Notes under the pieces: generated by a model
Databases searched by the model: none
Told to the model about the DNA's origin: nothing
The model's input: the letters and a program-made list of their open reading frames with translations, nothing else
Made by a program: the position numbers and the translations under genes
Assembly (NCBI RefSeq): GCF_004010195.1
Contig: NC_057751.1
Location: forward strand, 11,460,578-11,524,577
DNA: 64,000 bases
Direction: 5' to 3'
From: Chiloscyllium plagiosum
Taxonomy: Eukaryota
Shown here: positions 50,716 to 62,773 of the stretch, piece after piece
How the letters are laid out: every line of letters begins with the position of its first letter
Numbering within the stretch: position 1 is the stretch's first letter

Positions 50716-53080
50716 TAAGTGCTTTCTTGCCAGTTATGGCACCTAAAAGCATCAATCGGGCATGAGCAGTTCTGGGTACCACTTGAGAAAGGATATTTTA
50801 GCTCTGGGGGGCATGGATTTGCCAGAATTGTAAGACCTCCAGGTAAAATTGAAGACATTGAACTAAATAGGGTGGTATTTGTCAAATTTAGACTGTTTAA
50901 GTGATGGTGAACAAAGAATTGCAGGATATTAAGGAGAACAGAAATAAAAGCCATGTTTCAGGAATGAGATTCAGAAACCTGTTCGTGCACAGAGTGGCAC
51001 AAGTTTGAAATTCTTCTGCATGTGGTAATTGATGTCAAGTACATGGTACATTTTGAAGCTGTGATTGACTTGAGCTTTGTTTTCCAAGGCTATGAAGGGA
51101 CATAGGGCAAATTGAACACTTGGAATTTATTCACAGTTCTGCTGTGGTCTCAATAAATGGCAATACTGTGAACGGCTTCCTCCTGTTCCTGCATTGTATT
51201 GCTCTGTACCTGACTGTGGAATGGTCTTGATCATTGTTGTTGGTGTTCACGTTTTGCTTCATAAAGGCTGAGAATGTGGGGATAGTAGACCGTTACGCTC
51301 AATTATTGTTGAGTGTGGAGAAACATTCAACTTCTACTCATACGTTACTATTTAACATATTGAAATACAGACCCATGAACATCAATATTCTGTTCAGATT
51401 ATCCTTGGCCTTTGGTAATGATTGGCATTTAAGCTTGTCCTTGATCAAGCACAAATCTTTTGTGGTTTCAAACCAGCCTCTCAAGTGAAAGAGCTTTCAT
51501 TTTGTTGCCTTGAAATTATAATGAGCAACATTAAAAATACAAAAGTTGAGGAATGCAAGGAGATTTAAACAGTCTTTTCCTCCCATTAACTTGGTGCTTT
51601 TTCACTTGCTGTGGAACCCTGTTCCAGGAGCACAACAAACTTGGAAGTCATGGGGAACGGACAGGGCTTACTTTCCCTTTAAAGAAATATTATGCCTTAC
51701 ATGACAATCAAGCTGTCATTCGATTTTTATCTAACTTGCCTGACTAATAAATGTCAAAGCTTGAATAATTTTTAAGAGTCCAGTGTAATTATCCAACCAC
51801 ATTTTCAAGTAGACCCTCATCCAGCACCTGCCTTGCATCTATTAAAATGAAGTGGCAGATTGGTTTTCCAGGATTCTTCACAGCAGTACTCTGCACCAAT
51901 AGCTGTAAAAGGATTTCCATGACCATCTGTGACAAATGCACTGTTACTGAATTATTGATCTGGAGGCAGTGTGGTGGATTCTGTGACCAGCACCATTAAA
52001 AGCACGCTTTTGTGCACATTGATGAACCCCTTGCTTATGTTGTAGTTTTGACCACGGTTATAACTTCCTATCAGCTTTGAAATGTAAACTTGTACTTGCC
52101 GTTGTGCGAACAGTGGTTTGTTTGGCTTTGGTTGTGGCATATGTTGTCAGCTGTGTTGTTGATGGGATCCCATTGAAGCATCTTCTGGGTAGGATATGGT
52201 AGGAGTTCGATTTGAAGTAACCCTTTATTTTCAAATTGCTGGCTGTTAAACCTTACCTAGGGCTTGAGGAGGAGTGCTATTTTACTTGGGTTGGGGGCTG
52301 GGCCACGGTGCTCAGGTCTCAGTCTGGGGATCCATACAGCATTCACTTGAGAAAGTCATGACTTCTGTGCATCATCTTGTTTTTCCAGTAACTGTACAAA
52401 CACATTCCTGCCCTGATGTTCCTGTGCGCTCTTCATTTACCGTGAAAGACGCTCCTTGCAACTATTTGTGTCTCTCAGATCTGCAAGATTCTTCATTGCT
52501 CTGTATTGACTCTTTTTCCACATGGTGTATAAGTGTCCAAGTTTGCTGGCCAAACAGAGGTGATGGTAACACGCTTTGCTTTGGCTTTCGATGTACCTGC
52601 TGTGGAACAGAGGCTCTTTCTATGGAGGGAGCTATGTGCCTGAGGCTTTTCCCCTGCTGCAAGGAGGTGCTTGGGCTCACCTTGCAGATCCCTCAGTGAG
52701 GTGAATGAGGTCAGTTGGGCTCACCAGGGACATGGCTGACCAACTGGCTGCACATAGTGCCTCCTGAAGCCTCATGAAACTGATTGAAATACAGTCTTAA
52801 TGAGATTATAAACAGTGCATCTTTGCCTTTGTTTATTTTATAACGTGTCTGATTCTTTTCATTAAGCAGAGACCAGTTGATTCTTGGGCTGAAATGTTTG
52901 GGTAAATCAGTGTGCATTGAAGATTGATCTGTTCAATCTGTTATTTAGCTGGGCAGCTTGATGAAACTGCAAAGCCTGGGCAAATTGGACAAGCTCTTTG
53001 TGCTGATATTTAAGTTGCTGTATCCCAGTCATTGATACTTTTGTTCTCTTTTCCATTGACCACATGACCTTTGCCTGCAG

Positions 53081-54248
53081 TAGACTTGCACCCTGAAGAC
53101 GAGCAGTTGTTAACAGAATCGCCACTGCCTCTAAAGAGCCCGGCTGGGAGTCACTCATTGCTGGAGTCAACCCAGTATGATGCTTCACATAGCTTCAAGC
53201 CTCATGATCGAGTAGGACTTGGTATCACTGGCAGTACAGCTTCAGCCCACACCATCAGTGCCAGTCAGTGCTCTGAGGTACAAAACACTCTGGAAGTTAA
53301 GGAAATTGCAGATGAAGTAAGAACAGGCAGAGATTGTCCACCAATTTCCCTCACCGGTCCCTTGCTGCTGCCAGATAGCATATCAGAAAACCTGGGGACC
53401 AGTGTCCAAGGAAGAGAGATGACTGTGTCTGAGGAAGAAGTACCAGCCATGGACCAAAAGGCAGAGGCCTTGGATGTACAGACTCTACCTGGTATCACCG
53501 AGTCAAAAAAGGCAAAACCTCCTGTCCTGGAAGTTGAGACTGTGGAAGGTGGGGCATCAGTAAAAGATAATGTCGTAATGAAAAGGACATCAGGCTGTAA
53601 TTCTGACCCTAGTGATTTTCCTGAGATTAAGAACCTTTCTAACACGGAAATGTCAGGGATTCAGCCATCGCCCCCGGTTCACGGACAGCCCTCTCTCTCA
53701 GCGAATGCTGCAGACGTGGATGAGCCGGGACCACAAGCAGAACACAAAGACTTGGCACTTAAGCTGGAGTTTGACTTTTCGGAAGATAAGGAAAATGCAG
53801 AGGGGAGGGTGCCAGTGCCAAGGAAAGTGGGTAAAAAGCCTGGCAGCAAGTCCAGTGGGAAGAAACAAAGAACAGCAGTCTTGAAGGCCAGTGCTTCTGA
53901 AGAAAAAGACATTACTCCCACCACCAACTTTGATGACATTCCCATTCCAAACAAGTCCTACAATTTGGATTCTACCAAGTGGGATGATCCCGATTTCAAC
54001 CCATTCGGCAGCTCCTCTCATCTACAGAACTCTCCCATGCAGCCGAAGGCCTCGTATACATTTGATCCTGACTGCTTGGATTCAGTTGACCCTTTCAAGC
54101 CCACCAAAACGTTAGCTAACACATTGGAGCCCCCTGCTCCCTTGGAGCCGGAGACTGCCAGGACTGAACAGCCCACTGTGGAGGGAGCATCCGATGTGGG
54201 GAAAGCGGCACAAGAGTCACCCAAGAAGAACAAGCCCCGAGTGATAAC
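53081..54248 (+). CDS. TACC1: TACC1 large exon 3 (acidic Ser/Pro-rich region with SDP repeats and basic NLS-like patch)
   Basis: Lies inside ORF 53071..54252. Acceptor ttgcctgcag| is phase 1 (G+TA=Val), compatible with exon 2. Contains LKLEFDFSED, PRKVGKKPG, KWDDPDFNPFGS, ASYTFDPD..DPFKP and ESPKKNKPRVIT, all recognisable TACC1 motifs. Donor AC|gtgagt at 54249, phase 2. Confidence 0.93.
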
Positions 54249-57200
54249 GTGAGTTTTGCTAATTTAATATCTTTAACTCACTAACTGTCTCTTTGTCATG
54301 TAGAAATGCTGCAGCACACAGTGAGAAGTCATTTTTATAAACTTTGAGGTTTTTTAAAATTCAAACCCTCCATTTTGTTCAGAAGTCAGTCAGGTCAACA
54401 ATTTACTGTGGAAGACTTTTTTTTCTTTGTAACGCTTTGCTCTTCCCTTACACTATTTGCTGACATCACAGAGATCAAACAATTTCAGCCTCAACCCTCG
54501 GTCTTCCAAATCATTTTGTGCATTTGTGAGCCAGACACCTCAAACGCTTGAACTGTGGAGCTCAGAGAGGCCATTAAATCCACAGCGTGTGTGCCTGCAA
54601 GAGAAACTCTACCCCCATGTGATAGACTCAAACATTAATGTGAAATCTATCACTACTCAGGGCTTAGTTTCAGAGTTTTATTTCCAATTATGTAAATGTC
54701 ACCTGCTTTTGAACATAAATGCTAAAACCAGTCCTGATGCATGTCAGGGGAGGGAGAGGGAAGTAAACAATTATAGTTTCATTAAGTATTTAATCATCTG
54801 TCTGGACATTGCATTGCGATAAGTGGCTTCAAACAATGAGAGTTTTGGGAAAATGAACAGTCACAATTGTGTTTCGTGCAGTAATCTGACTACTTATTTT
54901 CTACCCCAGGTTTTGTTTTTCATACATTAACAGATACTACTTACTGAATTCGGCACTCACTTCTCCATCCCTCAGTCAATCGGGAACAAAGTGGGTGAAC
55001 TGGCTATTGTGCCGTTGAAAGCTCAGAGTTCTCACTGGAAGCTTTTGTCATAATTTACTGTGACATTCTACACTCTCCTTGGCTGCTGTCCATCCTGAAA
55101 AAGTACAACTCCCTAAAATAACTTGCACATTGACCAAGTGCAGCAGTCAGCCTGATGATTCACGCCCTATGATTTTCACGTCACCATGAAATACTCTCCA
55201 GATACCTTTCCAATTATATTCCAAGTTTTGTTTTTCTAAATTTATCAAATGTTCAAAGTATTTCTCTACATCTGTCTTGCCCAGTTGCCACAAGACAGAG
55301 GAGAGGCAGACTTTGGGCCAGTGACATCAAGTTGATTTTGGGGAATCATGAACACAGTTACTGAAATACAGGTGATTGACCATTTGTAAGCAATTTCAGA
55401 GTTTCTTGACTTTGTTAAGAAGCAACAGTTGAGATATGAAACATTACAATTAGGTCACGTGGACAAATATGACAACTGGGGTTGGTTCACTGACAGCAGA
55501 GGACAGACAAGTTGTTGGATGCACAAATGTGTTAGTCTTGTTCAGCGAAGATGTGAGGGAACTCTTTCCTGGGTTTTCTACCATCTGATCCATCTCCAAT
55601 CTGGAGAAAACAGCTCTCCACAAGGACTGCCCTCTGCCTCAGCACTTGCCAATGTATCCTATTTGTAGGGACCAATGCCACACATTGTGTCTGAATCCTT
55701 TTGGCCAATGACTGGAGGTAGCTACACATGAGATTGAATGACTGTTGTTCCCTTGCCCACCTCCATTTGAAGGTTAGTTTTTATTCTAAGAACACAAGGT
55801 TCTTTTTTTCCCAAAACACTGCGTTCAGAATATAATTGTGTGGCACTTGACAAATCTTCTGTTGATGCTTGTTAAAGATTAGCTACTACTGTAAATGTAG
55901 TTAAATGAGGTGTCATGCTCTAGAGGAAATACTAAATGTAGAATTTAAGAAAACACAAATTTCAAGAGGGCCTCCGTTTACACCAATCTCTGTTTCACTG
56001 TCATTGTGTTAATATGAGCTACTGACATATGTATGCTTCACCAGTCTCTTATATTCTTGCTCCCTCTATCTGGGTCAGGTGACAACATTTTCTCAAGTCT
56101 TTTCACAAGCTGGTGCAAGCCAAGAACCAAAACTGTTCACTAGTCTCAGGTATCAATGTTTTGAACGCCAGTCTTGGATTAACTTGCTCCCTCAACATTC
56201 TGCACTACCGGCAAGCCCAGTTGTGATCCAGATACATAGATACATTGCAGTCATATAGAAAGATCAAGCATGAAGCCTTCAGGGTTGAGACCTGTACCAA
56301 GTTGTGCACATTCCCTTTTTTGTTGAGGCAGAGGACTGGGAAACCAACTTGCATTATTCAGTACACTGGGGAGCAAGTCAGACACTGTCATCACAGTCAC
56401 AAGAATATCACTGGGATTAGTGACCAGCTTTTATGATTAAAGATTGAGCAGTAGATGCTGAGTAATCATTCAATCTGCCTTTTACTCACTCCCAAATAAT
56501 CCTTATCCTAGCCCATTGTCCTTTGGCATGCTCATCAACTCTACGAAACTGCCTTCCACCTATTCATACTCTCATCAAAGCTAAGTTTTGTGTGCATTGT
56601 GACTTGTACTAGGAAACCCAAGCTCACCAGCCAATTTCTCTGATACCCATTGAGTGAAAACTAGGGGAAGGGAAAACCTATGAACCTTGAAGCACCAACA
56701 CAGTCACACCTTAAGAATGTAGAAAGGAATGTATTCTGACAGTGAAATCTTTTGTGAACTGTTTAATGACAGATCATTTCAATAAATACCACCAGAAAAT
56801 ATTCGTGACCACTAACCTATACAAATTATGTTATGCTATTCCTGATCGTTGGGCCTTAAATACAAGACCTGTGTTCAGGACTGCTTTGCAATTCAGCAGG
56901 TATTTTTTTTGTATGTGGAATGAAGCATGTGGACCTAAATGCGCAACGTAAGTCACGCGGTGATGGCGTGATGTTGAAATGACTGTTCGATCCAATTGGG
57001 TCTTTCTGTAAAAGGGAAATAGATTAATGCTGAGGGATTCCAGGCAGCTCTCTGTGATGTTGACTCATGTGTGCCCTCACCTCAACCAATTTAACATGGT
57101 CTGGCCTTGGATTATATTCTGAGGTGCTGTACAAAAGTTGAATGAGGCAGCAAAATGCTTGCAGAGATTTATAAGTGTTTCTTATCAATTTATCCCTTCA

Positions 57201-57299
57201 TTTGGAACTTCACTTTTCACCTTCCCCCTCCAGAGCCTTTTCCTGTCCAGAAACCAACTCTCCCAATGGGGGAGGACCAATTTGCTTCTTTTTAATAAT

Positions 57300-57745
57300 G
57301 AACCTGCTTGGAGATGCCCCCAAGGTAGGTGAGACTTGGACCCAACTTTCCATCCCAGAGGCTGGGATGTTAGCATTAGACCACAGGACCCCAAAGAACT
57401 TATCTCTGTTTTGTTTTTACATTCTTGAATAACCCTAGTCAGTGATGTAATTTCATGCGTCTGGAGCAGGTGACATTTTTTAGCTTGGATCTCCTGGCTC
57501 AGAGGTAGTGAGCTACCACTGTGCTGTAAGAACTAAAGCATTTGCAGGACATATAAAATCTAATAACATCACAAACTATATTCAAGTCGGACACCTTACA
57601 CATTCAGAAAGAGTCTCCAAAGGCTCATCTCTTGGTAGAGTTTTTAATCGACCCATTCAGTGATGTTATTACACCTGTGGAGCGGGCGGAACTTGAACCT
57701 TGGTTTCCTGGCTCAGAGGACACTACCACTGTACCACAAGAACCC
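57300..57745 (-). mobile_element. Three adjacent short tRNA-head SINE fragments
   Basis: gatgttattacacc..ggagcaggtgggacttgaacc..cctggctcagagg..actaccactgt.ccacaaga, also seen at ~9415, ~41690, ~44095 (+) and ~45905. Confidence 0.6.
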
Positions 57746-59114
57746 ATTCCATCACATGTTCATCTTATTTCTTCTCCATTGGTCAGTTGCTTCTCTACAT
57801 TGATCCATTAAGAGCCCAACTGAGAACTCATTTCTTGAACACCAAGTCCAGTGAGCATTAACTGTTCTTAATCAATTCTGGAGTTGTTCTGATTGACCCT
57901 TGAAGGGACCAGCACTGACCAGGTGGACACAGCTATTCATTATTTCCTAAAAGAAGCAAATTCCCTTCACAGGTAGTCTGCCAGCAAATTCTTGTCAGTC
58001 TGTTTTCGCTAGAACCTATTCACCAGGGCACCTGTTACAATTCTTAAAGAATTGTACGCTAAGATGGGGATGTTAGTGAATTTGGAGTAGAACAGCCTTG
58101 GGGAGGAGACAGTCAGTAAGAAAGTTTCATTAAAATCTGAGCTGCAAAAACATGGTGCACTGTGAAACTGAGGATGATGTTTTCAGCTTGTTCATCAAAA
58201 TACTCCATTAGGGTATGAAAACCGGGGGGACAGGCACGTACAGTGGAAGCTGCCATGTATGCCAAGTTAGCTGAGGAGCCACCATGTTTGGAGAATGTGG
58301 ATGTCAAATAGTTTTGGTTTGGGTTATGGGAAACCCTGCCAGGGCAGTCTCCATTGGTCATCTGTCGCTTCCTTGATGGCATTAACAATGAATGATAGTG
58401 GAGTTTCATGTTATCTACAGACTAACCTTTGTAAGATGCAGCAGGTCTCTCCATTAACCAGATTCGTGATTGTGTACTCATCACAGCTATTTGCTTCCAG
58501 GGGTCCACTCTTTTTAAAATGAGCCGATTAATTTAATTCATTTTCATGACTTGCCACAACGGAGGTCTCTCCCAGTACCAGAAGCACAAGGCTGGTGGAT
58601 TTTAGAGATCAGCGTAGCCCATGAACACAGGATGCCCAGATTGTCCCAGGAAAGGCCACTTTCTATGAGATACCAGACAAATCGCACCACCAGTAAGACC
58701 ATAATCAAGGGGGAGGATGACCATTTGAGAAAGGAGGCAAAAAAGATGCTGAGGCCAGGGATCTGATCCTTTGCTATTCTTCAGAAACACAACCTTTGCT
58801 GCAGCCAAGTCAAGTGTACAGCCAGAGAACAACTCTTGGACTTTGCCTCTCACTGCTGTGGGAATTGGCACAGAGAATTGTGCTGAATCTTTAAACCCAC
58901 AGATTTTTGGCTTTTTTTTTGGTATCGGGGGAAAGGGTGGAGGGAGGGCAAGATGAAGGCTGTGACGGATTAATGGTCCGTAAAGAGAGAGTATTCGATG
59001 ACTGCCAGGAGAAGTCAGCTGTATCCAGTATGATTGACTTGGAACAAAGCAGTGTTTTCCCTGTGACACTTATTTTTTGAGCTGTGTGTATCTAATTTGC
59101 AGCTGGATAAGGTA

Positions 59115-59140
59115 ATGCAGGAGAATCGTCACGTACTCAG
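59115..59140 (+). CDS. TACC1: Candidate coding end of an alternative internal first exon of a short TACC1 isoform (MQENRHVLR)
   Basis: ATG at 59115 (G at -3), 8 codons plus AG, then a strong donor CAG|gtaagc in phase 2, compatible with the microexon ~0.5 kb downstream. In-frame stop upstream at 59064. No homology support. Confidence 0.3.
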
Positions 59141-59633
59141 GTAAGCGTGAGTGTTCTCCAGAATGTCCACTGTCCATTCTAGTCGGTTGCAGTTCAGAAA
59201 GATTCTTGTTGAAGTACCAAATCCCAGTGTTCTCCATCGAAAATCAATGCTGCTTGTATTTTGCAAGTTAATGGTACTGAAGGTTATTTTTAATCAAAAT
59301 CATGCACAGAAACATAGTTTAAATTTTGGGTTTATTGACTCACTCTGAAAGTCTGCAAGGGAAAACCTGTTGAAATATCAGGGAGCTGGTTACTGTCAAA
59401 TTAAGCTGAACCATGACTCCTATCTTTGTTCTCCTCAAACAAAGCGATAGTAATTCATCATCACAATGCACTGCTGAGGCTTCCTTTGACTAATAACCGT
59501 GTTGCACTTACCAGTTTTTTGTCTGTGACCTTTATTTTCCCCCTTTGTCTTTGTGAACCCTTTGATTCTCCATCTGTATGTGTGTCTCCTGTCTCTTTCT
59601 CTCTCTTGTGTTCTCTGTTTGCCTGTCCACCAG

Positions 59634-59669
59634 GACTATTGAACAAGTGAAGTTTCTCTGTTTTCTGAT
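59634..59669 (+). CDS. TACC1: TACC1 36-nt cassette microexon (T)TIEQVKFLCFL
   Basis: Long CT-rich tract then cag|G ACT ATT GAA CAA GTG AAG TTT CTC TGT TTT CTG AT|gtaagt. It is 36 nt, phase 2-2 and in frame with exon 3. It matches the recalled mammalian TACC1 insert TTEQVKFLCFLL that follows ...RLIT. Confidence 0.88.
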
Positions 59670-62647
59670 GTAAGTACTTGGAACTGTTTTGCACGATCAG
59701 AGTCTGTTCCTTATCTGTGCTAATTCATTGTATGCATTGTACAGTTCCTTGGTTACCATTTGTTCAATAGCGATGACCAGAAAGCTGCAATGCCCCATGA
59801 TGCGAAACGATATGACTTGATTCCACTTTCCAAGATTCAATAAACCATCAGGAACATGTTAGTTGTCACCTCCAGCTTTGCTATTTCAGCCAGGTCTGGC
59901 TTTTTAGTGTTTGCACGAATGATCAAGGGAGTCTGTGATCAGGTTCAAGAGAGGAGTTTGTAGCTGGCCTTCTTGCTGAAGAAACCCTGTGAACAAATAG
60001 ATCCCACTGTAGGGAATCACTGGGACTTAAGTCTGTTAGGAGACCTTACTTTGTATCTCAACTATCAGCTTCAACAAATGATAGTCAAATATAGGAAACA
60101 CGGGTCTGGCCAGGATGAGACTGTAAGGACTCCTAACCTCGTCCAGCCCCCTTGTCCTTTCCTGGTTGCTCCAATCTGCAGACCATCTGCAAATTCCTAG
60201 TAAGACACAGACAGGACTTCAAATCCGATAGCCATGCCATTGTCTCTTATTGACAAATACACCGTCGTGATGCACTCAAAGGGTGGGAGAGGTTTGCAGC
60301 ATAATCAGTTTTCAAGACCAGAGCTAGTCTCGATGGAAAAAGTTTCTTCATTTAAATGGAATGTCAGTGGCATTGTGAAGAGCAGAGGTCAGGTGTGTCA
60401 CTGGGGAAGCCATGGGCAGCCAGTGACTTTGTGGAACTCAGCAACTGGCGAGAGAGACAGAGGGGAGAGAGAGGAGAGTGCAGATATCCCCTCAATAACT
60501 CGGGAGTAATCTGGTTTAATTTATGTGATGGAAGCTTAAAACAAGAGCTTGGAACAGAGGGCAACTATTGACCTTGAAAAGAAGCAATCTTTAAACTCGC
60601 TCATGCCAAAGGTTTCGGGGTAATTTAACAGGATAATCACTTTTTAAAAAGGTTTTCAAGTTTCTCTGGGGCACTGCAGCTTTACTTTCTACTGAATCCT
60701 ACAATGTGTTCTGTGGTAGCTCATCGCTGATTGTGAAGTCACCTTCACACAAGGTATAAAATAGAACCCAAAGCACTAATTTGATACAAAGTGCATAAAA
60801 ATGCCAAAATTTCTGAGTGGAAGGAATGAAGTATTCCCTTCCAGGAATAGCTTTGTTAGTTATTTTATGCCTTACAAACATCTTTCTGCTATTTAATTTT
60901 TTTCGACATGTGTAAGTACTAATTTCTTAGTACGACACATGAGTACTGCTGTGATCTGAGCTGAACCAGAAAACGCTGGCCCAGAGACTACTGCTCTTTT
61001 TGCTGACTGATTTTAAACTAGATTAAAGAACAAAAACAAATCCCATTACATAAAACCTGTTTTTGAAATATTTATTCCTAAGTGTTAATCTTCAGGCAAG
61101 AAACTGTTAATGATAGATTTATCATGCATTTTAATATACATAGGGTGAAGTTGTGGCCTTATCTACTCAGGCAGACTGAGTGTGGGACAACTAAATGCAG
61201 GTCTTGGATGTAATAAGCTCACATTGCTTACACAATCATTATCTTCCTCAGTGTGGGGCGTCAGCTAATAAGTTGATTGTCGTTTTGTTATTTGAAATGA
61301 GGTTTTGCTCTTGCCCAGCCCATTGGAAAGTTTTCAGTACAAAGGCCAGTTTGAAGGCAGTAATGTTTATGTATCTGTACCTTTTTTTCTTTAGCAATGT
61401 CTGTTCCTCCTCCTGTTACCTCCCATCCTCCATTCCTGATGATTACAGGGTGGGAGGGGATAAACTGTTGGACCGGGGCCCATGGATCATTTCAAGTCAA
61501 GGCACTTGGCATGATTCGTGGCTTATTTGAGGTACAAGATCGGAATGCTTCCCTTCAACTATTGAGAGCATTGTGCCAGATAGTCAACCAATGAAGGCTG
61601 TTTAGAAGTTGAGGTCCTCCTTTTGACATACTCACTAGCTTCTGGTCTCATGCAGCTCGACAGCTGATGAGTAGGATGCATGTCTGGGGCCAGTTTGCTG
61701 TCTGAACTATGAATAGCAATGCTTGTGGTCATCTGTTACTCCTAATGGCCCAGTATGTGTGCAGACAATAGGAGACATAATTGCTGCAGGGTTATAGTGG
61801 CCACCTAATGATAGGTCAGCATGGTTTTGGAGTCTGTTATCTCAGATCAGGCACCTTCTGCATAATGTTAAGGGGTTTAAATTCAATGAATTGCAAGAAC
61901 AACTAAAGTAAACAAAATTGGTGCAGTAACATTTGAGGTCAGGGTACGTGTTACACCTTTTGAAGGTGTAATTCCGAGTACACAAGATTAGACTATTCCC
62001 ATAAACCAGCAAGCAAAAGTGAAGCAGAATGTTTTGTTTTAAAAACAGATGAAGTTCAAGAGGAAATGGAGAGTACAATTCCTGCAGAAGGAAAGGAAAA
62101 ATAAGAGTCACATGAAAAGGTTGATGAGGAGTGGTGAGAGAGACCTGGAGAAAGGTATCGCAGCTGGAGCTAAGTTGATTAATTTTGAAGGAAGTGAGAT
62201 GGCAGTTACAAATAGGCATGAAATGAAGAATGAGTGCACAATAGGAACTATCTCTTCATTTATGCATTCATAGAGATGATGTAAACAATACATCCTCTTC
62301 CAGCAAAGATACCCTAAATTAAATTATTAACTTTGACATCAAGGAGATGGAAGCCCAGGACAGACTAATTGTGCATGAAGCAAACAGCTCCCAAAGGACA
62401 TGGTTGTTTAACCTCTCATGTTGGAAAGGATTTGTCAATTATTTACATTCATTATTAGGGATTCGGTCAATGCGAGGGAGATATCTGCAAATTATGAAGA
62501 GCTGAATGTTCATGGACAGGGTGGCAAAATACACACGGGAATCCACAGGCCCATGAGTCTGCCTTCTAATGCATGTCAAATATTGCTGAAAAAGCATGTG
62601 TCAAAGAGTTTTGTCTGTGCTACCTTATGACAACATGTAAAATAATT

Positions 62648-62773
62648 TCCTGAAGAAGGGCTTATGCCCAAAACGTCGATCCTCCTGTTCCTTTGATGCT
62701 GCCTGATCTGCTGCGCTCTTCCAGCAACACATTTTCAGCTCTGATCTCCAGAATCTGCAGTCTTCACTTTCTC
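62648..62773 (+). mobile_element. 126-bp Penelope hammerhead mini-element with perfect 14-bp target duplication
   Basis: tcctgaagaagggcttatgcccaaaacgtcgat...tctgcagtcttcactttctc, flanked by catgtaaaataatt at 62634-62647 and 62774-62787. Confidence 0.92.

Noticed and set aside
53071..54252. 393-aa ORF as a complete protein
   Set aside because: It starts at TTG inside the acceptor and stops within the donor (gtga); it is an internal exon.
59103..59140. 38-nt internal cassette exon (ttgcag|...|gtaagc)
   Set aside because: Not a multiple of 3 and hits TAA in the TACC1 frame; retained only as a possible first exon.
61842..62293. Overlapping ORFs (125 aa minus, 74 aa plus, basic) as a small gene
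   Set aside because: No recognisable domain or splice support; composition suggests decayed repeat or random ORFs.
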